Shown in pieces: positions 1-9,338 of a stretch of 64,000 bases of DNA; the first letter of the stretch is position 1, and each line of letters starts with the position of its first letter. The notes under the pieces were generated by a model. That model saw nothing but the letters and a program-made list of their open reading frames with translations, had not been told where the DNA came from and did no database searches. The stretch is taken from positions 29,032 to 93,031 of IMG/VR virus record IMGVR_UViG_3300035070_003584. The stretch is one strand, 5' to 3'. This stretch comes from a virus (Duplodnaviria > Caudoviricetes). Position numbers and translations under genes: made by a program.

Positions 1-1
1 G

Positions 2-592
2 CGTGGCTTTATCGAAGAGTTTGCAAATAACTGCCGATTTATTCTTACATGTAATTTTAAAAATCGTATCATCGAACCTTTGCATTCTCGGTGTGGTGTA
101 TATGAATTTAATACAACTAAAAAAGACATGGCTCAACTTATGTCTAACTTTATGGATCGTGTAACTGCTATCCTTGAGGCAGAAAAAGTTGAATGTGATA
201 AAAAAATCCTTGCACAACTTATCATGAAATTTGCACCAGATTGGCGTAGAGTTTTAAATGAGTTACAAAGATATAGTATCGGTTCAAGTAGCATTGATTC
301 AGGTATTCTAGTAAATATCTCTGATAAAAACTATGATGATCTATTCGTCTATCTAAAATCAAAAGACTTTAAAAAAATGCGCGGTTGGGTTGTCAATAAT
401 ATTGATACAGATGCTTCTGCTATCTTTAGAGCAATGTATGATCGAATGAGTGATAAGGTTGAACCACAATCAATTCCTCAATTGGTTCTCATTCTTGCAG
501 ACTACCAATATAAAAATGCCTTTGTTGCAGATCATGAATTAAATGTTGTTGCATGTCTTACGGAGGTAATGGCCAATGTCCAATTCAATTAG
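2..592 (+). CDS. gp44: Sliding-clamp loader large subunit (T4 gp44-like), 5'-truncated by the window edge
   Basis: Frame open from base 2: RGFIEEFANNCRFILTCN..IIEPLHSRC (RFC SRC motif); C-terminus ADYQYKNAFVADHELN. Confidence 0.93.
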   Translation, partial: RGFIEEFANNCRFILTCNFKNRIIEPLHSRCGVYEFNTTKKDMAQLMSNFMDRVTAILEAEKVECDKKILAQLIMKFAPDWRRVLNELQRYSIGSSSIDSGILVNISDKNYDDLFVYLKSKDFKKMRGWVVNNIDTDASAIFRAMYDRMSDKVEPQSIPQLVLILADYQYKNAFVADHELNVVACLTEVMANVQFN

Positions 593-866
593 ATTAACAC
601 TTTATACTCAAACAAATTGTGTATTTTGTGAGATCATGAAATCTAAACTTGATGATTGGGGTTACAAATATGATGTAGTCAATATCCAAATTCGTACTGA
701 AGCAAAAGCTTTTATGAAAATTGCTGGCCATAAAACTGTACCTCAACTCTACTGGAATAAAGTTCATTTGAATAAAGTTGATACAGATGACTTTACCAAG
801 GAAATCCTAGAAGATCAATTGGATCTAGACAACTATGCTGGTGGGGTAGAATACTTTGGCAGATAA
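576..866 (+). CDS. Glutaredoxin
   Basis: CVFC active site and TVPQ motif. Confidence 0.85.
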   Translation: MSNSIRLTLYTQTNCVFCEIMKSKLDDWGYKYDVVNIQIRTEAKAFMKIAGHKTVPQLYWNKVHLNKVDTDDFTKEILEDQLDLDNYAGGVEYFGR

Positions 867-1020
867 GGAAACCACTACATTTATTATCGCAATGATGCTA
901 GGACTTTTAAGTAGCTTTCATTCATTATGGCTTGGATGGGTTGTAGGTCTAGGCGCATATATCTTTTTTCGTTGGGTACAGCGTGGACCAAATAATGGCT
1001 GGGATGAGGATCAACTATGA
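856..1020 (+). CDS. Small membrane protein (54 aa, TTG start; not in ORF track)
   Basis: Read manually: MADKETTTFIIAMMLGLLSSFHSLWLGWVVGLGAYIFFRW..; fills the gap and its stop overlaps the gp62 start (ATGA). Confidence 0.55.
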   Translation: MADKETTTFIIAMMLGLLSSFHSLWLGWVVGLGAYIFFRWVQRGPNNGWDEDQL

Positions 1021-1394
1021 ATCCATTTGATTATTTAAATGCAATTAATGATACCAAAAAAGATATCATGGTAGATGACATTGCTGAAAAGGGTTATGCA
1101 CCATTTATGGTAAATCGTGGCCTTTCTTATTTTAATGATACTGTTCTATTCGCTAATGAGATGAATCGCTACCACCACCTAGATCATAGGCTACAATTTG
1201 ACTTTTATATAAATATAATTCGAAAGCGTAAACGGTTCTCTAAATGGATGAAACCTGATACTGCTAGTGACGTGGAAGTTGTTAAGGAATATTATGGCTA
1301 TAGTAATGAAAAAGCCCGCCAAGCCTTGACCCTTCTCACATCTGAACAGATTAATGAATTGAAGAAAAAGGTTTATAAAGGTGGAAGAAAATAA
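1017..1394 (+). CDS. gp62: Clamp loader small subunit (gp62-like)
   Basis: PFDYLNAIN, PFMVNRGLSYF, RKRKRFSKW, YYGYSNEKA; synteny gp44-gp62-regA. Confidence 0.92.
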   Translation: MNPFDYLNAINDTKKDIMVDDIAEKGYAPFMVNRGLSYFNDTVLFANEMNRYHHLDHRLQFDFYINIIRKRKRFSKWMKPDTASDVEVVKEYYGYSNEKARQALTLLTSEQINELKKKVYKGGRK

Positions 1395-1794
1395 TAACAT
1401 TGTCGAATGGACACCAGGATCAATGCTGGAAATAACATTGAACGAGCCTGATGATTTCCTAAAAGTTAGAGAAACACTTACGCGTATTGGTGTTGCATCT
1501 CGTAAAGATAGAAAACTATTTCAGTCGTGCCATATTCTACATAAGCAAGGTAGATATTTTATTGTGCATTTTAAAGAACTCTTTCTATTGGATGGTAAAA
1601 AATCCAATTTAGAAGAGAATGATATTGCTCGTAGAAATACAATTGCACAATTGATGAGTGATTGGGGTTTGATTAGTATTGAGGTTGGTGGTAATATCGA
1701 ACCACTTGCTCCAATGAGACAAATTAAAATTATTCCTTTTAAAGAAAAGAATGATTGGGAACTTTGTCCAAAATATAATATCGGAAATAAATAA
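1381..1794 (+). CDS. regA: Translational repressor RegA
   Basis: DDFLKVRETLTRIGVAS..QSCHILHKQGRYFIVHFKELF. Confidence 0.96.
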   Translation: MEENNNIVEWTPGSMLEITLNEPDDFLKVRETLTRIGVASRKDRKLFQSCHILHKQGRYFIVHFKELFLLDGKKSNLEENDIARRNTIAQLMSDWGLISIEVGGNIEPLAPMRQIKIIPFKEKNDWELCPKYNIGNK

Positions 1795-1863
1795 AAGTTT
1801 TATATATATTATCGGATGCCGAGAGATCGGGTCCACTCAACTGTCCATAAAACGGAGGTTAAC

Positions 1864-2331
1864 ATGACAGGAACTTACGCACTGCCTAGACAGGCATTTA
1901 TTGGGTTCGATCGTATGTTCGATCAACTCGAAAATATCCACAGCCAAGCAAAGGATACTTATCCACCACATAATGTTGTACGAGAAGAAGAATTTAAGTA
2001 CATCGTGGAACTTGCCGTTGCTGGATTTTCTGAAGATGATATTACCCTAGAAGTGAAGGATCATATCTTAACCGTATCTGCTTCTCGTGAACAGAGACGT
2101 GAACAAGATAAGTATCTTCATAAGGGTATTTCAGCGAGGAAGTTCAAAAAGTCATTTCGTCTCTCAGAATATACTGAGGTACGAGGAGCTGAAATGAAGG
2201 ATGGAATTCTTGCCATTGGATTGGAAGTAGTCCTACCTGAAGAGAAGCGTCCCCAGACAATTAAAATTAATAGTCATAAGGGGAAATCAAATGACACAAA
2301 TAGCACTAAAAGGTTGTTCTCTCGGTCTTAA
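1864..2331 (+). CDS. hsp20: Small heat-shock protein Hsp20 (IbpA-like)
   Basis: FIGFDRMF, YPPHN, ELAVAGF, YLHKGISARKF, GIL; SD GGAGG before ATG 1864. Confidence 0.93.
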   Translation: MTGTYALPRQAFIGFDRMFDQLENIHSQAKDTYPPHNVVREEEFKYIVELAVAGFSEDDITLEVKDHILTVSASREQRREQDKYLHKGISARKFKKSFRLSEYTEVRGAEMKDGILAIGLEVVLPEEKRPQTIKINSHKGKSNDTNSTKRLFSRS

Positions 2332-2506
2332 CCTTTTTAAGGGAGTTTTCGGAATCTTTGATCGTATTGGCACAGCCATTATGATTTCAAGACAAATTGA
2401 AGCAAATCGCATCATTGCAGAAAGAATGATTCACGAGTATCCAGGACATACTGTCGAAAGTTTGGCAGCTGAACTCAATCGTCAGACTGTGCAGGGGTGG
2501 AAATAA
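2291..2506 (+). CDS. Hypothetical protein
   Basis: ORF with SD, coupled to neighbours. Confidence 0.6.
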   Translation: MTQIALKGCSLGLNLFKGVFGIFDRIGTAIMISRQIEANRIIAERMIHEYPGHTVESLAAELNRQTVQGWK

Positions 2507-2619
2507 TGACTTTTATTTGGAAATTCCTATTTAAAAAGGCAGGTTGCACTGCAGACTCTATTGCAGAAATTGAACGTCAGATTAATGCTGATATCAATAG
2601 ATATGATAGATACTGCTAA
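2506..2619 (+). CDS. Small hypothetical protein (37 aa, MTFIWKFLFKKAGC..)
   Basis: TAATG stop/start overlaps at both ends. Confidence 0.5.
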   Translation: MTFIWKFLFKKAGCTADSIAEIERQINADINRYDRYC

Positions 2620-2679
2620 TGTGGCCGTACACCGAAGAAGAAAACGATAGACTAAAATAAAACAAAGAGGAGAATAGTG

Positions 2680-2835
2680 ATGAAGGGTACTGAACGTCAA
2701 TGTCAAAAATGTGGCCACCGGTGCCATTGCTATTCTCCTGATTGCTCTGAATGTCACAATGATGTTTGTACTGTATGTGACTGTGATAAACCTAATTTAA
2801 AAGATATACCAGATTCTTTTACAAAGGAGACATAA
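2680..2835 (+). CDS. Cys/His-rich metallothionein-like peptide (51 aa)
   Basis: MKGTERQCQKCGHRCHCYSPDCSECHNDVCTVCDC..; SD GAGGAG; stop overlaps lysozyme start. Confidence 0.65.
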   Translation: MKGTERQCQKCGHRCHCYSPDCSECHNDVCTVCDCDKPNLKDIPDSFTKET

Positions 2836-3278
2836 TGAATATCGACCAATTACGCGAAGAATTGAAAATTGATGAAGGAGTAAAGTATGAGATATATTTG
2901 GATCATCTGGATTTACCTACTTTTGGCATTGGGCATTTGGTGCTCGATTCAGATCCTGAGTTTGGAGAGCCAATTGGAACTCCTGTCTCAGAAGACCGAG
3001 TCAACGAGTGCTTCGATCAAGACGTTGAAGTGGTGCTTGGAGAATGCAGAATCCTCTACCCAGACTTTAACGATTTGCCAGAAGAAGCCAAACTAATCAT
3101 TGCCAACATGATGTTTAATATGGGTCGCCCTCGCTTATCTAAGTTTAAAGGTATGAAACGTGGAGTAGATGCTCGCGATTGGAATGCTGCAGCAGATGAA
3201 ATGGTTGACTCTGCATGGTACCGTCAGGTAACAAATCGTGCAGATAGATTAGTTGAAAGAATGAGGGCTTTGGCGTAA
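2835..3278 (+). CDS. T4-type lysozyme (GH24)
   Basis: DEG..YLD....TFGIGHL catalytic motif; NMMFNMG; SAWYRQV..RA.R. Confidence 0.92.
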   Translation: MNIDQLREELKIDEGVKYEIYLDHLDLPTFGIGHLVLDSDPEFGEPIGTPVSEDRVNECFDQDVEVVLGECRILYPDFNDLPEEAKLIIANMMFNMGRPRLSKFKGMKRGVDARDWNAAADEMVDSAWYRQVTNRADRLVERMRALA

Positions 3279-3285
3279 TTAGTTG

Positions 3286-3314
3286 TTTACAAACCACCAG
3301 GAATAGTGTATAAT
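3286..3314 (+). promoter_or_regulatory. Sigma70-type early promoter for gp43
   Basis: TTTACA-N17-TATAAT. Confidence 0.75.
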
Positions 3315-3336
3315 AGTACATGTTATTGGAGGTTTT

Positions 3337-5859
3337 ATGTCATTTTATACTTCGGTTGCCAGATATGGTAACAGCATGCTCTACCGCGGTTACGATCAAG
3401 GCGGTAATAGAGTAACTAAAAAAGAAACATTCTCACCGGTCTTTTTTGTACCATCAAAGACAGATACTGGTTGGCGTGGCCTTGATGGTGCACCCATTGG
3501 GCCCGTCAACTTTGAGAATATGCGTGAAGCAAAAGGTTGGTTGGAACAATATACAGATGTTTCCGGCTTTAAGATCTATGGTACTACCAACTATATTCAT
3601 CAATATTTGCGTGAAAAGTTTCCACGTGATATTGAGTTTGACAGAGATAAAATCAATGTCTCTACTATTGACATCGAAACAGAATACAATGATGGGTTTC
3701 CTCATCCAGAAGTAGCAGATCAAAAGATCCTTGCTATTACTCTAAAAAATAATATTGACAATATCTATTGGGTTTGGGCTTATGGCGACTATGATGTAGA
3801 TGCCGCTCTAATTAAACCAGTACGATATATGAAATGTGATTCCGAGGCAGATCTATTACTTAACTTCCTTGATTTCTATTCACGTGAGGACAAATGTCCG
3901 GATGTGATTACTGGTTGGAATGTTAGATTCTTTGATATTCCATACCTTGTAAATCGTACTGCCAAAGTCCTTGGTTTAGATATGATGAAAAAGTTCTCGC
4001 CATGGGGACTAGTTGAGCATCGTACAGTCACAAAACGTAACAAACAGGAAATGACCTTTGAATTACGTGGTGTACAGATTCTTGATTATTTGGAATTATT
4101 TCAAAAATTTGGCTATACCTATGGCACACAAGAGTCATACAGACTTAATCATATTGCATATGTAGTCCTTGGCGAAAGAAAATTATCATTTGAGGAATCT
4201 GGTTCACTAAAAAATCTATATGTAGATGATTTTCAAAAATACATTGACTATAACATGAAAGATGTTGAGTTGGTGGATCGCCTCGAGGATAAGATGGGTC
4301 TTATCACTCTTGCCATGACTGTGGCTTATAAGGGTGGGGTAAATTACCAGGATACATTTGGTACCACTGCTATATGGGAATCAATTATCTATCGTAAATT
4401 GATGAGTCAAAAGACAGTACCAGCTATTGAATTGGACCGACATGTTAAAACTGCCTTTGTTGGTGGTTATGTTAAAGATGTCCAAACCGGAATGCATGAT
4501 TGGGTTGTGTCATTTGACTTAAATTCACTTTATCCAAACATTATTGTTCAGTGGAATATGTCACCCGAAACATTGCTTCGTAGTCCTAGAGACCAAGTGC
4601 ATGGCGGTATTGATCACTTCCTTAATTTTTATGGCAGTGTAACCGATCCATTACACCCAGTAGTGCGTGAAAGCAATGTTGCAGTTGCTGCTAATGGTTC
4701 GGCATATCGTAAGGATAAGGATGGTGTGATTCCAGGCATTATTATTGATTACTATGATGAACGTCGTAGTGTTAAAAATATGATGTTGGCGGCAGAACAA
4801 TCATACCAAAAGGGTAAAACCTTCGAGTTGGAAAAAGAAATTAATCGCCTTGAAAATCAGCAGATGGCTATTAAAATTCTTATGAATTCACTTTATGGTG
4901 CTCTTGGTAATCAACACTTCAGATACTTTGATCTACGAATTGCCGAAGGTGTTACCACAACTGGTCAGTTGGTCATTCAATGGGCCGAACGCGCTATGAA
5001 TGATGCAATGAATAAGGTAATGAAGGATGATAAAGACTATGTCATTGCCATGGACACAGATTCGTTATATGTTAACTTTGGTCCTATGATTAAACACCTT
5101 GCACCAAATGATCCTGTAAAGTTTCTGGATAAAATCTGCAAGGAACATTTCGAACCTGCTCTTACCAAAGCATATGAAAATCTCTTTGAACGTCTTAATT
5201 GCCATAAACCTAGAATGGAAATGGCACGTGAGGTAATTGCAGACCGTGGTATCTGGACTGCCAAAAAACGCTATATACTTAACGTGCACAACTCGGAAGG
5301 TGTGCAATATGCCGAACCTAAACTAAAGATTATGGGTATTGAGGCTATTAAATCTTCTACACCAGAAGTGTGCCGTGGTAGGTTTAAAGAGATATTTAAC
5401 ATTATTATGACACAAGGAGAAGAAGCAACACAAAACTATATTCGCAATTTTAAAACTGAATTCTTTTCTCTACCAGCAGAAGAGGTTGCATTTCCTAGGT
5501 CTGTGTCTAATATTACAGAATATCATGATCGGAAACTTATCTATAAAAAGGGTAGTCCAATTCATGTCCGTGGCTCGTTACTATATAATAAACATCTTAA
5601 GGATGCAAAACTAACTAAAAAATATGAGTTAATTGAAAATGGTAGCAGAATTAAATTTTGTTATTTAAAAATGCCAAATACAATCAAGGAAAATGTGGTT
5701 GCTTTTCCAAATGAATTACCTAAAGAGTTGCAACTGGATCGCTATATAGATTATGAACTACAGTTTGAAAAAACTTTTATTGACCCATTAAAACTTATAC
5801 TGGATGCAGTAGGTTGGTCTGTCGAGGATCAAATGACATTGGAGGACTTTTTTATATGA
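3337..5859 (+). CDS. gp43: Family B DNA polymerase (gp43)
   Basis: ExoI DIET, SFDLNSLYP, KILMNSLYG, DTDS, KKRY. Confidence 0.98.
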   Translation: MSFYTSVARYGNSMLYRGYDQGGNRVTKKETFSPVFFVPSKTDTGWRGLDGAPIGPVNFENMREAKGWLEQYTDVSGFKIYGTTNYIHQYLREKFPRDIEFDRDKINVSTIDIETEYNDGFPHPEVADQKILAITLKNNIDNIYWVWAYGDYDVDAALIKPVRYMKCDSEADLLLNFLDFYSREDKCPDVITGWNVRFFDIPYLVNRTAKVLGLDMMKKFSPWGLVEHRTVTKRNKQEMTFELRGVQILDYLELFQKFGYTYGTQESYRLNHIAYVVLGERKLSFEESGSLKNLYVDDFQKYIDYNMKDVELVDRLEDKMGLITLAMTVAYKGGVNYQDTFGTTAIWESIIYRKLMSQKTVPAIELDRHVKTAFVGGYVKDVQTGMHDWVVSFDLNSLYPNIIVQWNMSPETLLRSPRDQVHGGIDHFLNFYGSVTDPLHPVVRESNVAVAANGSAYRKDKDGVIPGIIIDYYDERRSVKNMMLAAEQSYQKGKTFELEKEINRLENQQMAIKILMNSLYGALGNQHFRYFDLRIAEGVTTTGQLVIQWAERAMNDAMNKVMKDDKDYVIAMDTDSLYVNFGPMIKHLAPNDPVKFLDKICKEHFEPALTKAYENLFERLNCHKPRMEMAREVIADRGIWTAKKRYILNVHNSEGVQYAEPKLKIMGIEAIKSSTPEVCRGRFKEIFNIIMTQGEEATQNYIRNFKTEFFSLPAEEVAFPRSVSNITEYHDRKLIYKKGSPIHVRGSLLYNKHLKDAKLTKKYELIENGSRIKFCYLKMPNTIKENVVAFPNELPKELQLDRYIDYELQFEKTFIDPLKLILDAVGWSVEDQMTLEDFFI

Positions 5860-6182
5860 GAGTAAGCATTAATGATATTGGTGGAGAGGTTATCAAAGAT
5901 AATGAAACCTATCTGCTAAAAGATAATAAGACGCTAAATAATTTGGTACTCAGTAGTACTGATTTAAAATCAAAAATGAGTACACGTGGTCATAGCCATG
6001 CCGGCCAAGAGGAAGTGTATTATTTTGTAAAAGGTTCTGGTAAAATGGAACTAGATGAAGAAGAAATTGCAGTTAAGGCTGGAGATGTAGTCCTTATTGA
6101 GGATGGAGTATTCCATAGGGTCCATGCTGGACCACGTGGTTGTTATTTTGTATGTGTATTTGATGGAAAGAGAAATCACTAA
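5856..6182 (+). CDS. Cupin-domain protein
   Basis: GHSH..QEEVYYFVKGSG and GDVVLIEDGVFHRV cupin motifs. Confidence 0.85.
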   Translation: MRVSINDIGGEVIKDNETYLLKDNKTLNNLVLSSTDLKSKMSTRGHSHAGQEEVYYFVKGSGKMELDEEEIAVKAGDVVLIEDGVFHRVHAGPRGCYFVCVFDGKRNH

Positions 6183-6559
6183 TGAGTAATTTTACAGACG
6201 TAGGCACTTTCATGAAAACTTTTGGTCAGGAAGTAAAAACAGTACCAGAATTTCCTGATAAGGATACCATTGAACTTCGTATTGAGTTGATTGGTGAGGA
6301 ACTAAATGAGTTTTGGGATGCCTGTGACCAGAAAGATATTGTTGCAGCGGCTGATGCCCTTGCAGATATTCTATATGTAACCTATGGTGCTGCCCATGCA
6401 TTTGGTATTGATGTTGATGCATGTTTTGCCGAAGTACAAAGATCTAATATGTCCAAGTTAGGTGAGGATGGCAAACCTATCTATAGAGAAGATGGTAAGG
6501 TTTTAAAAGGACCAAATTATTCTGAACCAGACCTAAAAAGTGTTTTACAAATCGACTAA
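6182..6559 (+). CDS. MazG-like/PRA-PH-family nucleotide pyrophosphohydrolase
   Basis: LIGEELNE..DALADILYVTYG..EVQRSNMSKL..GKVLKGPNY. Confidence 0.88.
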   Translation: MSNFTDVGTFMKTFGQEVKTVPEFPDKDTIELRIELIGEELNEFWDACDQKDIVAAADALADILYVTYGAAHAFGIDVDACFAEVQRSNMSKLGEDGKPIYREDGKVLKGPNYSEPDLKSVLQID

Positions 6560-6572
6560 TTTGTGGTATAAT
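6544..6572 (+). promoter_or_regulatory. Early promoter giving a probably leaderless mRNA
   Basis: TTTACA-N17-TATAAT with ATG 5 nt after the -10 box; no SD. Confidence 0.7.
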
Positions 6573-6577
6573 ATACT

Positions 6578-7531
6578 ATGTTAAATCCAAAATATCCAAT
6601 TTATATTATTTCGAAAGGCCGTTGGGATTCTAGACAGACCCAACGGACACTCGAAGAACTAAATGTACCTTACCGTATTGTGATCGAAGAATCAGAATAT
6701 GATAAGTATGCAGAAAATGTTCCAGAAAAAAAGATCCTCACGTTACCTACAGATTTTCGTGAGAATCCACTCTATGCTATTCCAGATGAAACTACTGGCT
6801 TTATCGGTGGTTCTATTCCGGTCCGTAACTTTGTTTGGGAACATTCCAAATCTGAAGGTCACGCTCGGCACTGGATCCTAGATGATAATATGAGACACAT
6901 TTATCGGTTAAATCGTAACCTTAAAACTCGTATGCAATCCGGTTCGTCATTTGGTATCATAGAGCAATTTGTTGACCGATATGAAAATGTCAGATTGGCT
7001 GGTATGAACTATGCATTCTTTGCTCCTGCCACAGTAAAGAAACCACCATATTATACCAATACTAGAATTTACTCTTGTATCCTAATTGACAATTCACTTA
7101 AACATCGGTGGCGTGGCAGATACAACGAGGATACCGATTTGTCATTGCGTGTGCTCAAGGATGGTGATTGTACCATGTTGTTCAACAACTTTCTGGTTGG
7201 TAAGGCAGCAACAATGACAATGAAGGGTGGTAATACCGAAACCGTCTATAACATTGATGAAACCGGCGATCGCAATAAACGTGGTGGTAATGAATTTGAT
7301 AATCGTAAAGAGTTTGCCGAATCACTTATTGCCCAACATCCGGATGTTGTCAGACTTGCATTTAAATGGGGTCGTTACCACCATGATGTTAACTATTCAG
7401 TGTTTGTTCAAAAGCCAGTGAAAAAAGAAGGTCTAAATATTCCACGTGGACTAAATGAACACGGATTGGTTTTAAAGCCAATATCGCCAGAAGATCACAG
7501 TGATGAAGGAGAAGAAAATTATGGCGACTAA
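6578..7531 (+). CDS. TET-associated/GREB1-like (TAGT-type) glycosyltransferase, putative DNA-base glycosyltransferase
   Basis: YPIYIISKGR, RNFVWEH, HWILDDN, YSCILID, WRGRYNEDTDLSLRVL, TMKGGN. Confidence 0.75.
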   Translation: MLNPKYPIYIISKGRWDSRQTQRTLEELNVPYRIVIEESEYDKYAENVPEKKILTLPTDFRENPLYAIPDETTGFIGGSIPVRNFVWEHSKSEGHARHWILDDNMRHIYRLNRNLKTRMQSGSSFGIIEQFVDRYENVRLAGMNYAFFAPATVKKPPYYTNTRIYSCILIDNSLKHRWRGRYNEDTDLSLRVLKDGDCTMLFNNFLVGKAATMTMKGGNTETVYNIDETGDRNKRGGNEFDNRKEFAESLIAQHPDVVRLAFKWGRYHHDVNYSVFVQKPVKKEGLNIPRGLNEHGLVLKPISPEDHSDEGEENYGD

Positions 7532-7805
7532 TAAACTAAATGTTGATAATGTATCTAATAACTTGTTCATTCTTTCAGGTGATGAAGAAGAACGTACACC
7601 TTATGATTGGGATAATATGCCAGAATTTGTACAAGATGAATCCGAGCCGTATGCAAAAATTGTCGTACGGATTCGTAGTGAAGAAGATCTAAAAAAGTTC
7701 ATTGAATTGATGGATCAACCTATTACACCAAAGACTAAATCAATTTGGTATCCAGCATTGGATCGGTTCCGTAATTCTCTACTTCGTTGGATGGATGACG
7801 AATAA
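7521..7805 (+). CDS. Hypothetical protein coupled to the glycosyltransferase
   Basis: WDNMPEF..T.KTKSIWYP; overlaps the upstream gene. Confidence 0.7.
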   Translation: MATNKLNVDNVSNNLFILSGDEEERTPYDWDNMPEFVQDESEPYAKIVVRIRSEEDLKKFIELMDQPITPKTKSIWYPALDRFRNSLLRWMDDE

Positions 7806-7809
7806 GTTG

Positions 7810-7838
7810 TTTACTTTTAACTAGTAATGTTGTATAAT
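7810..7838 (+). promoter_or_regulatory. Early promoter giving a probably leaderless mRNA
   Basis: TTTACT-N17-TATAAT then ATACT-ATG. Confidence 0.65.
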
Positions 7839-7843
7839 ATACT

Positions 7844-8770
7844 ATGTTGTCACTAACCATATTCAATTCTTTATTTGATAATAAAACCAACCAACGCGTT
7901 GATTTGCCAAACTTTGATGCGTTTGAAAAGGTTTTATATCAATTGTCAGAAAAACCTCGCGTCAGTAAAAAAGACGCAGAGTTAATATCTCCTGCCATCT
8001 ATGTCAAGGATACTACTAGAGCAAATGCTAATGTTATCGAATGGGCTGGATGGTGTTGTGTTGATGTTGATGAATACATACCAAATGGAGATTTAAAAGA
8101 TGATTTATGTAATAAGTTTGCTCACCTTAGGTTCGTTTGTTACAGCACTGCTAGCAGTACGGTGGATCAACCTAAGTTCAGATTGGTGTTTCCTTTGCGA
8201 ACACGAGTGGGAAGAGAGTCAATCAGACACTTCTGGTATGCACTCAATAGAGAACTCGGAGAGCTTGGAGACGCTCAAACTAAAGACTTATCACGCATGT
8301 ACTATATCCCTGCGAAATATTCTGGCGCTTTCAACTTTATTTTCAGTCATGATGGCGATACAATTGATGTTTATGATCTTCTAGGAAAACACCCTTATGC
8401 CGAAAAAGCCAATCTCAATAACTTCTTCGACCGACTCCCAGATGAACTCCAAAAACAAATCATCGAACACAGAAAAGGACAAATGGATAACACTAACGTG
8501 GTGTGGTCGTCCTATCGTGACTGTCCCTTCTTCCCTCGTAAGCTCGAAGCGGAATACAGACTCATAAACAATACCGGTTGGTATCATAAAATGTACCAAA
8601 TAATGGTTGCTGTTGCCGGTAATGCCATTAAAAATCAATATCCAATTACAGCCAATGAAATATCAAAATTGTGTAGAGAATTGGATACCGAAACCGGTAA
8701 CTGGTATAAAAATAGACCATTAGACAAAGAGGCAGATCGTGCCCTGGAATACGTCTACAAAAATATGTAA
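7844..8770 (+). CDS. AEP-superfamily primase/prim-pol-like protein
   Basis: CVDVD (DxD), YSTASST..PKFRLVFPL, DLSRMYYIP; helical C-terminal domain. Confidence 0.72.
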   Translation: MLSLTIFNSLFDNKTNQRVDLPNFDAFEKVLYQLSEKPRVSKKDAELISPAIYVKDTTRANANVIEWAGWCCVDVDEYIPNGDLKDDLCNKFAHLRFVCYSTASSTVDQPKFRLVFPLRTRVGRESIRHFWYALNRELGELGDAQTKDLSRMYYIPAKYSGAFNFIFSHDGDTIDVYDLLGKHPYAEKANLNNFFDRLPDELQKQIIEHRKGQMDNTNVVWSSYRDCPFFPRKLEAEYRLINNTGWYHKMYQIMVAVAGNAIKNQYPITANEISKLCRELDTETGNWYKNRPLDKEADRALEYVYKNM

Positions 8771-8787
8771 TAAAACGAAATTAGTTG

Positions 8788-8840
8788 TTTACAAATGCAT
8801 TTTTGTATGATATAATAGTATAATAATCAAAAAGAGGAGC
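8788..8840 (+). promoter_or_regulatory. Early promoter plus conserved leader cassette
   Basis: TTTACA-N17-TATAAT then AGTATAATAATCAAAAAGAGGAGC. Confidence 0.8.
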
Positions 8841-8847
8841 ATTGGTT

Positions 8848-9300
8848 ATGGTATTTAATGAATTAAATGATCTAGTAAAAACTATAAAAAATTTAAATTT
8901 GGATAGCATTTTATCCAAAAAAACATTAATGAAATCTGTAACAATTTATAGCAATTTAACCACATCCGGTCTTAAGGATAAATCCGGCGCCAGTAAAAAA
9001 CATGGAGTATATATCCATTATTATAATGGAAATCCATTATATGTTGGTAAGGCCGAAAGACAAAGTATTTCCATTAGACAATCTCAACATTTGGGTGCAT
9101 TTAGAAATCCAAAAAGTATTGCCGAAAGAAGTGGTAAAAAATATAGAGATTTTCTAAATGAAAATAAATTAGAATCAATGAAAATTGATATTTGGTATCT
9201 GGATCTCTCTGATTATCCAAAATGTATTATACCAATGTTAGAATTGGAAATTATGGATTATCTTAATACACCATTTAATAAGGAAAATCAAAATTCATAA
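8848..9300 (+). CDS. GIY-YIG family endonuclease
   Basis: GVYIHYY..LYVGKA..R...H..E; very AT-rich. Confidence 0.7.
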   Translation: MVFNELNDLVKTIKNLNLDSILSKKTLMKSVTIYSNLTTSGLKDKSGASKKHGVYIHYYNGNPLYVGKAERQSISIRQSQHLGAFRNPKSIAERSGKKYRDFLNENKLESMKIDIWYLDLSDYPKCIIPMLELEIMDYLNTPFNKENQNS

Positions 9301-9338
9301 TTCGCTATATACTAAGACATTAAATTAAGGAGACGCAA

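Noticed and set aside
3337-5859. Intron or intein in gp43 (also considered for gp41, uvsX and nrdJ)
   Set aside because: Lengths are normal and motifs are contiguous.
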